Source of the DNA: Rubrobacteraceae bacterium
GTDB lineage: Bacteria > Actinomycetota > Rubrobacteria > Rubrobacterales > Rubrobacteraceae
NCBI GenBank assembly: GCA_965214475.1
Contig: OZ243953.1
Location: 2,238,586-2,302,585 of the forward strand
Reading direction: 5' to 3'
Length of the DNA: 64,000 bases
Positions within the stretch are counted from its first letter, which is position 1. Each line of letters begins with the position of its first letter. Made by a program: the position numbers and the translations under genes. The notes under the pieces were generated by a model. It made no database searches. It saw only the letters and a program-made list of their open reading frames with translations, and was not told where the DNA came from. Positions 56,775-64,000 of this stretch are shown piece by piece.

Positions 56775-58087
56775 ACCCGGAAGAGTTACTAAAGCGGCAC
56801 AAGGACGTTATCCCCGAGTGGATCTCGCTGTACTACGACGAGCCGATGGAACTGTCGCACGGTGAGGGATTCAAGGTCTGGGATTCGGAGGGGAACGAGT
56901 ACTTGGACTTCTTCGGCGGTATCGTGACGACCATCAGTGGACACAACATTCCCGAAATAGTGGAGGCGATAAGGGAGCAGGCCGGGAAGATTCTACACTC
57001 CTCGACGCTCTATCTCATAGAGAATCAGGTGAAGCTAGCCGAGAAGCTCATCGAACTTTCCCCGATGAGCGGCGACCAGAAGGTGTTCTTCGTCAGCAGC
57101 GGCAGCGAGGCGAACGAGGCTGCGCTGCTGTTCGCGACGCAGTACCGGCAGTCGAGCGAGGTTCTGGCGATGCGCGGCTCCTACCACGGCGGCTCTTTCG
57201 GGACGATGGGGATAACGGGCCAGAGTTCGTGGCGTCCGACGAGCCGCTCAGCGCTGGATGTCACCTACGCGATGCCGCCGCACCACTCCTACTCGTCCAT
57301 CTACAATAGCTACGAAAAGGAAGATCCGGACTTCGCGCGGGCGTGCGCCGAGGACCTGCGCGACCTCATCCGCACCGCCACCACCGGCCACGTCGCAGCC
57401 CTGATCGCCGAGCCTATCCAGGGCGTTGGCGGGTTTATAGAGCTGCCGCCAGAGTACATCGCCGGGGTAAAGGAAGTGTTGGACGAGACCGGCATCCTGT
57501 ACATCTCCGACGAAGTTCAGACCGCTTTCGGACGGACGGGCTCGCACTTCTGGGGCATCGAGGAGTCGGGGGTGGAGCCGGACATGATCACGATGGCAAA
57601 GGGTCTCGGTAACGGCCTCGCCATCGGCGCCGTGATGGGCCGCGCCGAGATCATAGACTCCATATCCGGCAACCTCCACGTCTCGACCTTCGGCGGCAAC
57701 CACGTCGCCTCCGCCGGCGCCCTGGCGAACATCGAGTACATCCTGGAGAACGATCTGCAACGAAACGCCGACGAGGTCGGCGGCTACCTCAGGGACTGCC
57801 TTACAGAGATGGCGAAGGACAGCCCCCTCGTAGGCGAGGTCCGCGGACGCGGCCTGATGCTGGCGCTGGAGATGGTGGATACGGACGGCGCGCCGAACCC
57901 GCCCGCGGCGGTGAAGTTCATGCAGTCGTGTCGGGAGAAGGGCGTGCTGGTTGGTAAGGGTGGCATCGGGGCGAATGCCATTCGCATCTCGCCGCCGCTC
58001 ACCATCACCCGCGAGGCCGCGGAGCAGGCGGCGGATGTCTTCGAGGAGGCGCTCGCTGAAGTCGGAAGCATAGAGAGGGTGGGATAG
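56771..58087 (+). CDS. class-III (omega) aminotransferase, candidate beta-alanine/beta-aminoisobutyrate aminotransferase
   Basis: Pattern SGSEANEAAL...DEVQTAFGRTG...MAKGLGNG. ATGA overlap upstream. Confidence 0.9.
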   Translation: MNPEELLKRHKDVIPEWISLYYDEPMELSHGEGFKVWDSEGNEYLDFFGGIVTTISGHNIPEIVEAIREQAGKILHSSTLYLIENQVKLAEKLIELSPMSGDQKVFFVSSGSEANEAALLFATQYRQSSEVLAMRGSYHGGSFGTMGITGQSSWRPTSRSALDVTYAMPPHHSYSSIYNSYEKEDPDFARACAEDLRDLIRTATTGHVAALIAEPIQGVGGFIELPPEYIAGVKEVLDETGILYISDEVQTAFGRTGSHFWGIEESGVEPDMITMAKGLGNGLAIGAVMGRAEIIDSISGNLHVSTFGGNHVASAGALANIEYILENDLQRNADEVGGYLRDCLTEMAKDSPLVGEVRGRGLMLALEMVDTDGAPNPPAAVKFMQSCREKGVLVGKGGIGANAIRISPPLTITREAAEQAADVFEEALAEVGSIERVG

Positions 58088-59326
58088 ATGGAAACCATAG
58101 GAGACGTAGACTACCGCCGCGCGGTAGAGGAGCTGCACGAAATAGCCGACCTCACCGGCGGCCCGGACGGCGCCCGCCGCGTAGCCTGGACCGATGAATG
58201 GGCCAAAGCCCGCGACTGGCTCAAGAGCAAGCTGGACGACATAGACTGCGAGGTAGAGACCGACGAGGCCGGAAACCTCTGGGCCACGTCCCCCGGCGAC
58301 TCGGAAGAGTTCGTCATCCTCGGCGGCCACATAGACTCCGTCCCCAACGGCGGCTGGCTCGATGGAACGCTCGACACCATCAGTGCCCTCGAATCTTTCC
58401 GGGTGCTCGCCGATCAGAACAAACCCGTAACCGTCCGTCTCGTGGACTGGGCCGACGAAGAGGGCGCCCGCTTCGGACGCAGCCTCCTCGGCTCTAGCGC
58501 CACTTCCAACACCCTCGTCCCTGACGAAGTACGTGGCCTCAAGGACAAAGACGGCATCGTACTGCCGGATGCCCTGCGCGAGCATGGCGTAGACCTCGAC
58601 CGGATGAATAAGTCTCACAAACAGATCGAGAAGGCGTTAGCGTACCTGGAACTTCACATCGAGCAGGGACCGGTACTCGAAAGGCTGGACCTGCCGGTCG
58701 GTGTGGTGCTCGGCACGTTCGGGGTGGAGCGGCACGCCATCCGGTACACCGGCTTCCACGCCCACTCCGGCTCGACCCCGATGGAGGTCCGCCGCGACGC
58801 CTTCCTCTCCGCCGCCCGCGCCGCACTCGCTTTCCGGGACGATGGCGCAAGGCGCGACGATGTGCGGGCCACGACCGGCTTCGTCAACGTCAGCCCCGCC
58901 ATCGTGACGGCGTTCAACGGCTGGTGCGAGATGTCCCTCGACCAGCGCGCCCTCGACGCCGACGTCCTGGCCGACATGCTGGAAACCGCAAAGCGGGAGA
59001 GCGAACGGGTAGCAGAGGAAGAGGGAACCGAAGTCGAGTGGGAGAAACTCTGGGAGATAGAACCGCTCCCGTTCCACGACGACCTCATAGCTATGGCCGA
59101 GGAGTCTGTGAACGAAGTCGTCGGGAAGTCACACCGGCTCCCGAGCGGACCTTTGCACGACGCGGCGGAGATGGCCCGGCACATGCCGACGGTGATGCTC
59201 TTCGCCAAGAGCCTGCGGGGCCTGAGCCACACCAAAGAGGAAGACACACCCGAGGAAGATCTGGAGCTGGCGGTGCAATCGTTACACCGGCTCGCGGTGA
59301 AGACGGTCGAGTGGGTGGGCAAGTAG
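58088..59326 (+). CDS. M20-family N-carbamoyl-amino-acid / beta-ureidopropionase-type amidohydrolase (allantoate amidohydrolase family)
   Basis: Pattern GGHIDSVPNGGWLDG...DEEGARFG...HAHSGSTPM. Confidence 0.85.
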   Translation: METIGDVDYRRAVEELHEIADLTGGPDGARRVAWTDEWAKARDWLKSKLDDIDCEVETDEAGNLWATSPGDSEEFVILGGHIDSVPNGGWLDGTLDTISALESFRVLADQNKPVTVRLVDWADEEGARFGRSLLGSSATSNTLVPDEVRGLKDKDGIVLPDALREHGVDLDRMNKSHKQIEKALAYLELHIEQGPVLERLDLPVGVVLGTFGVERHAIRYTGFHAHSGSTPMEVRRDAFLSAARAALAFRDDGARRDDVRATTGFVNVSPAIVTAFNGWCEMSLDQRALDADVLADMLETAKRESERVAEEEGTEVEWEKLWEIEPLPFHDDLIAMAEESVNEVVGKSHRLPSGPLHDAAEMARHMPTVMLFAKSLRGLSHTKEEDTPEEDLELAVQSLHRLAVKTVEWVGK

Positions 59327-59398
59327 GCATCAGGCATTAGCAAAAGATCTGAAGCCTGAGGCCTGAAACCTAAAACCTTCAGAAGGGAGGACGAACAC

Positions 59399-60922
59399 TT
59401 GGAACGGGAGCAATTTAAAGACCTGGCGATCAGTGACCGGGCGGAGCTCGGAAAGATAAAGGCTGCGGCCAGCGCGTCCAAACTCTACAACGAGGATCTG
59501 GCGCCCGCCGGCCCCGACGAGCGTACCTGGACGACGTACAACTTTGTGGCGCTCTGGGTTGGTATTTCTATCGTCATCACGACCTATACACTCGCATCTG
59601 GTCTGATCGCCGCCGGCATGATCTGGTGGCAAGCGCTCTTTACCATCGGCCTCGGGAACGTGATCGTCCTGGTCCCGCTGCTCCTGAACGCCCACGCCGG
59701 CACCAAATACGGAGTACCGTTCCCGGTCTTTGTGCGCTCGTCGTTCGGGGTATCGGGAGCCAACTTCGCTGCTATGGCCCGGGCGCTCGTGGCGTGCGGC
59801 TGGTTCGGGATACAGACCTGGATCGGCGGTCTCGCCCTCGACGCGATGCTAACCGCATTCTGGGGTGGCTGGGGCGACGTGACCGGACACCAGGGCATCA
59901 CGTTCTTTATCTTCTGGATTATGCAGGTCGTCATCATCCTGACCGGCATCGAAGGGATCAAAGTTTTCGAATCTTTTGCCGCGCCGCTGCTGCTGGCCGG
60001 TGGCATCGTCCTGCTCATCTGGGGATTCACTGCCGGTGGTGGTATCGGCAACGTGTTCTCGTCGTCTTCCCAGCTTCAGGATGGAAATACGCCGTTCTGG
60101 GCGCTCTTCTGGTCCGGACTGGCCGCCAACGTCGGCTACTGGGTCACACTCTCCCTGAACATCCCGGACTTCACCCGGTTCGCCAAGACGCAGCGTTCCC
60201 AGACGATAAGTCAGGCGATCACCCTGCCGCTGACGATGACGTTGTTCAGCTTTATCGGGATAGCGGTCACGGCGGCCACGGTCGTCGTCTACGGTGAGGC
60301 GATCTGGGACCCGGTGGAACTCGTCACCCGCATCGCCGGGCCGATCCCCGCGCTGCTCATCGGAGCCATGATCATCATCGTTATAGCCCAGATCTCGACG
60401 AACATGGCCGCGAACGTGGTCTCCCCTTCAAACGACTTCTCGAACCTCGCCCCGAAGTACATCTCGTTCAAGATGGGCGGCATAATCACCGCCGTCATCG
60501 GCATCATCTCGTTCCCGTGGGTGCTATTCAACAACGCCGGGGCGTACATCTTCACTTGGCTCGTGGGCTACGGTAGCCTCCTTGGGGCCATCGGGGCGGT
60601 AATGATCGTAGACTACTGGATCCTACGCCGCACCGAACTCGACCTCGCCGACCTCTACAAAACAGACGGCCAATACGCCTACTCCGGCGGCTGGAACCGG
60701 AAGGCCATAATCGCCGTCTTCGTCGGCGTCATCCCGGTCGTCCCCGGCTTCCTGAAAGCCTCCACAACCCCCGGCGGCCAGATCGAGAACCCCACCTTCA
60801 TAGACAGCCTCTACACCTACGGCCTCTTCTTCACCTTCACCGTGGCGGCGATAACGTACCTGCTCCTGAGCCTCATCCCGAGCCGGCGAGCGGAGCCTTC
60901 CGGCGAACCGGAGACGACGTAA
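59399..60922 (+). CDS. NCS1 family nucleobase/hydantoin:cation symporter
   Basis: Pattern NEDLAP...ERTWT..NF..LW, 12 TM helices. TTG start follows GAAGGGAGG. Confidence 0.9.
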   Translation: MEREQFKDLAISDRAELGKIKAAASASKLYNEDLAPAGPDERTWTTYNFVALWVGISIVITTYTLASGLIAAGMIWWQALFTIGLGNVIVLVPLLLNAHAGTKYGVPFPVFVRSSFGVSGANFAAMARALVACGWFGIQTWIGGLALDAMLTAFWGGWGDVTGHQGITFFIFWIMQVVIILTGIEGIKVFESFAAPLLLAGGIVLLIWGFTAGGGIGNVFSSSSQLQDGNTPFWALFWSGLAANVGYWVTLSLNIPDFTRFAKTQRSQTISQAITLPLTMTLFSFIGIAVTAATVVVYGEAIWDPVELVTRIAGPIPALLIGAMIIIVIAQISTNMAANVVSPSNDFSNLAPKYISFKMGGIITAVIGIISFPWVLFNNAGAYIFTWLVGYGSLLGAIGAVMIVDYWILRRTELDLADLYKTDGQYAYSGGWNRKAIIAVFVGVIPVVPGFLKASTTPGGQIENPTFIDSLYTYGLFFTFTVAAITYLLLSLIPSRRAEPSGEPETT

Positions 60923-60931
60923 GGAGCGCAT

Positions 60932-61951
60932 ATGGACTTCGGAGTAACCTTTCAGACGGACCCACCTGCCCAACGTGTCATTGAGTTGACACGTGAAGCC
61001 GAGTTGCTCGGCTTCACCCACGCCTGGACCTTCGACTCGCACATCCTCTGGCAAGAGCCCTATGTTATCTACTCCCAGATGCTCTCCGCCACCGAGAGCA
61101 TAACCGTAGGCCCGATGGTTACCAACCCGGCGACCCGCGATCCTTCGGTTACGGCTTCACTATTCGCCACCCTCAACGAGATGTTCGGCAACCGCACCAT
61201 CTGCGGCATCGGGAGGGGAGACTCGGCCCAGAGGGTGATGGGCAAAAAACCGACCAAGCTCGTACAACTCGAAGAGGCCATGTACGTAATCAAAGAGCTG
61301 GCCGAAGGTCGGGAGATAGAGGCTCCGAACGGCAACAGCGTCAGCATACCCTGGATCGAAGACAGCAAGCTCGACGTGTGGATGGCCGGCTACGGCCCGA
61401 AGGCGTTGAACCTCATCGGGCGCAAAGCCGACGGCTTTATCCTGCAGCTAGCGGACCCTGTGATCCTGGAGTGGACCATGAAGCACGTCCACGATGCCGC
61501 CGAAGAAGCGGGACGCGACCCTAAAGACATTAAAATCTGTGTCGCCGCTCCGGCCTACGTCGGCGACGACCTCGACCACCAGCGCGACCAGAGCCGATGG
61601 TTCGGGGGCATGGTCGGAAACCATGTCGCCGACCTCGTCGCCCGCTACGGGGAAGATGGTGGCGTGCCGCATGCGCTAACCGACTACATAAAGGCCCGCG
61701 AAGGCTACGATTACAGCCACCACGGCAAGGCCGGCAACCCCAGCACCGACTTCGTGCCCGATGAGATCGTTGACCGCTTCTGCGTCCTCGGCGCTGTCGA
61801 AGACCACGTCGCCAAGCTAAACACCCTGAAAGAGCTAGGCGTGGACCAGTTCAACATCTACCTCATGCACGACGCTATGGAAGAGACGCTGGAGGCTTAC
61901 GGGAAGGAGATCATACCGGGGTTGGGTGTGAGTCCCACAGTCAAAGACTGA
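60932..61951 (+). CDS. LLM-class F420-dependent oxidoreductase (last gene of the hydantoinase operon)
   Basis: Luciferase-like fold with the pattern GIGRGDSAQRVMG. 9-nt gap after the permease gene. Confidence 0.85.
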   Translation: MDFGVTFQTDPPAQRVIELTREAELLGFTHAWTFDSHILWQEPYVIYSQMLSATESITVGPMVTNPATRDPSVTASLFATLNEMFGNRTICGIGRGDSAQRVMGKKPTKLVQLEEAMYVIKELAEGREIEAPNGNSVSIPWIEDSKLDVWMAGYGPKALNLIGRKADGFILQLADPVILEWTMKHVHDAAEEAGRDPKDIKICVAAPAYVGDDLDHQRDQSRWFGGMVGNHVADLVARYGEDGGVPHALTDYIKAREGYDYSHHGKAGNPSTDFVPDEIVDRFCVLGAVEDHVAKLNTLKELGVDQFNIYLMHDAMEETLEAYGKEIIPGLGVSPTVKD

Positions 61952-61955
61952 GAAT

Positions 61956-63194
61956 TTAAGACCTAGGTCCAGGAGGTGTTTTCTTAGCCCATTCCTGCGA
62001 TGTTTCAAGCGCAATGCGCGCAAGATCTGTCGCATTACCATTGGCCTCATCCGACTTGTTATCGAGTTCAGGTGCCTCGCCAAAAAACTTTATTGCAAGT
62101 TCTTTTTTCACTTCATGCTGCAGGGTTTCTGGTAGGTTGGCAAGATAAGGATCTACTGAAGTTAGAGCCAGTTCCAATCTCCTGCTGGTACGCTCGACGG
62201 ATTCGTGTTTATTCGCCTGCCTTGCTGCCTATGCAGCAAGAATGCCAATGGGTGCTGCTAAGAACACGCGTGAGAGAGAATCTTGCCAACCGAGATTGCT
62301 TCCTAGGATTGGTAAGAAGACGAAAATTGCGACAACTACAAGGCCCAGAAGAGATACTAAAGCAATTGCTTGCCATACTCTAGCTGCTATACGCACATCG
62401 TTTGCAGTTTTCTGGTACCCACCAACCATACCAGTATTGGCTATTACATACACGAGCTCTTGCGCTTCATTCTTACGTTCAGAAATCTCATTCAAATAGC
62501 TGTCAGATTGAGCGGACTTATTTCTTACAAATTCCTCGAACTCACTACTCCATTTTTCTTGCAGGTCTCTGAACCTAGATTCTTGTTCTTTTTCACTCTC
62601 TGCGAATTCAGAACGCCGTCTTTCTTCACTTTCTGAAAACTGCCGCTGAAACTCGCTAACGACCTCGTCTAACCTGGTTTCTTTAGCTGCGACATTGGTC
62701 TCAAGATTCTCTAACTCTTCTTTAGCTTTCTCGATTTGGCTTTTTATACTCTCGCGTTCGTCACTTACATAACGGTTGTGTTGGCCTACAGATCGGCGTA
62801 AGGAGAGTATTGCTTCATTCAAGCTCTCAAGGTCTTCCGTAGTGCGAATAGATGGCAGGCTATTCAGTTGGATTAATACAGCATCTGCATGGTTGTTCGC
62901 ATTTGCAAGATGTCCAACGTTTTCATTGTCTTGAAACTGATTACACTGAGCAATAGCTTGTGCGAGTTGTTGATTGATAGTGTTCAAAGGTCCAACCGGA
63001 GTTAGAAACGGGTCGAGTATTCTGAAAACTGTTTCGACTTGGTTGCTAACATATTTGAGTCGTTCAATATGTTCCGTTGCTTCGGGTGACGGTTCTTCGG
63101 TGTTCTGCTCTTCGATTTCGTTTAGCTTCTGTTTGTAGTTCTGGAGCTGTCCGTGTACGGCATGCTCTTCAAACTTATCAACCCACTGAGACAT
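61956..63194 (-). pseudogene. coiled-coil protein with a C-proximal 2-TM hairpin, split by in-frame TAG (62229-62231); low-GC gene
   Basis: ORFs 62229..63194 and 61956..62177 share one frame: ...APIGILAA*AARQANKHESVERTSRRLELALTSVDPYL.... No family recognised. Confidence 0.6.
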
Positions 63195-63313
63195 AGTTCA
63201 TCCTTCTGTTAGTAAGCTCCCAGTAGAGTTTAACAATTGCAATTTCGCGCGGTATTTGAGACTACTGAAACTTCTTTATAAACAACGCTCATCTTTGGCC
63301 TACACGAGACAAC

Positions 63314-63538
63314 TTACTCATGATACTCATAAACTGGAGTCTCAATCACCTTGCTGGGCTCAGCTCTTCCCAGAATAGTTTCCTGCAAACGCTCGACGGT
63401 TGAGGGCGCGAAGAACTGCTCGCCCGTTTCCTCGTCTACCCTGGCTGGCACATTTTCGACTACGTGGAACTTGCCGTCCATCTCCAGTGTGTAGGTCACT
63501 CTCTTTTCGACTAGTCTTTCTTCTTGTCTAACGGTCAT
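63314..63538 (-). CDS. YgiT/MqsA-N-like antitoxin candidate lacking the zinc cysteines
   Basis: Product TYTLEMDGKFHVVENVPARVDEETGEQFFAPSTVERLQ resembles the YgiT-type Zn-ribbon, with DEETGE in place of C-x-x-CGE. 4-nt overlap with the DUF4258 gene. Confidence 0.55.
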   Translation of the reverse strand: MTVRQEERLVEKRVTYTLEMDGKFHVVENVPARVDEETGEQFFAPSTVERLQETILGRAEPSKVIETPVYEYHE

Positions 63539-63882
63539 TCTGCTCTCCTCTTGAAGTCTATCCAGCGTTCCGGATCTGGCTCGTAGAGCGTTACTATTTT
63601 AACAAGTTGGCGAGAAGGATAGCTGCATTGGATGTGCAGCTGTCTTTCATCGGTCGTCGTGCCGAAGAGCAGACAGCTTGGTCCGTACTTGTCGTTCGGG
63701 TAGTCTTTGATGATTTCACCACTAGCGATTGCTTCCCGTACCTCTTGTACACTGATACGTCGCAGGATGCTCTGGTCGACAGCGTGCCTGGAGAACTCGA
63801 ACTGATCCGCTTCGATCTTTTTGCGTAACTCATCAATCAATGGTGCGTAAAGCTTACAGGAGATCGATTTCGTTTCCGACAC
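63535..63882 (-). CDS. DUF4258-domain toxin-like protein
   Basis: Pattern FSRHAVDQSILRRISVQEVREAIASGEIIKDYPNDKYGPSCLLFG...LHIQCSY....KIVTLYEPDPERW. Confidence 0.7.
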   Translation of the reverse strand: MSETKSISCKLYAPLIDELRKKIEADQFEFSRHAVDQSILRRISVQEVREAIASGEIIKDYPNDKYGPSCLLFGTTTDERQLHIQCSYPSRQLVKIVTLYEPDPERWIDFKRRAE

Positions 63883-64000
63883 CGTCTTTCAACCGTGTGC
63901 TTCTCGTGTAGGATGCGTGCTGCACGTACACGAGTCTAGGATGGACTGTTGGAGCAGACTGAAAGCAGAGAGAAGCCCATCGTTGGTGTGATCATGGGCA

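Noticed and set aside
57248-58618. 456-aa minus-strand ORF across the aminotransferase and carbamoylase genes
   Set aside because: It is antisense to two strongly supported CDSs. The composition is R/G/V/A-rich with no motifs; it is a high-GC shadow ORF.
59347-59385. 7-bp inverted repeat TCTGAAG...CTTCAGA between the carbamoylase and NCS1 permease genes
   Set aside because: The stem is short, the loop is 21 nt and there is no U-tract. It is too weak to call an attenuator or terminator.
1-64000. CRISPR arrays, rRNA and tRNA genes
   Set aside because: I saw no regularly spaced direct repeats and no tRNA-like T-arm or acceptor patterns in the intergenic regions I read. All larger intergenic gaps are under 300 bp. 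A tRNAscan/Infernal run would be needed to exclude small RNAs formally.

Overview
High-GC (about 60-65% by eye) bacterial chromosome segment, gene-dense, with about 75 protein-coding genes or gene remnants. I recognised no rRNA, tRNA, CRISPR array, transposase or integrase. The gene content is Actinomycetota-like, possibly Rubrobacteria-like; that taxonomic guess is inference only. It rests on many predicted F420-dependent enzymes (four LLM-class, one PPOX-class, one DDN-class), apparently leaderless promoters, and a DedA-PAP2 fusion.

Recognisable blocks:
- A complete minus-strand suf Fe-S assembly operon, sufC-sufB-sufD-Rieske-sufS-sufU (6.0-11.7 kb), followed by chorismate mutase and ygfZ.
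- cspA, larC, yqeC and gluQ (14-19 kb).
- A translationally coupled pair of SPFH/band-7 proteins (23.9-26.9 kb).
- A sugar-type uptake and oxidation block: SSS symporter, Gfo/Idh/MocA, LLM (28.3-32.1 kb).
- A single-domain classic AAA ATPase with an unrecognised Cys-containing N-domain (34.3-35.8 kb).
- A tightly coupled five-gene PadR-led operon (43.3-45.9 kb).
- An F420/redox operon (46.1-50.0 kb).
- A hydantoinase / aminotransferase / carbamoylase / NCS1 permease / LLM operon that looks like reductive pyrimidine catabolism without a classical dihydropyrimidine dehydrogenase (55.4-62.0 kb).
- A sharply lower-GC segment from 61,952 to the window end, carrying a coiled-coil 2-TM protein and a DUF4258-type toxin-antitoxin pair.

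Main unusual observations:
1. Many disabling lesions in otherwise conserved genes. There are five in-frame stop codons, at least four frameshifts and two 5'-truncations, concentrated at 50.3-55.2 kb.
2. A small acidic protein whose C-terminus closely matches the plant dehydrin K-segment.
3. A 726-bp segment flanked by about 35-44 bp inverted repeats, sitting at the truncation point of an MFS transporter gene.
4. A candidate CU-rich small RNA with its own consensus promoter.
5. Several clear operator and promoter architectures.

All functional calls come from my recognition of motifs in the translated ORFs. No database search was run.
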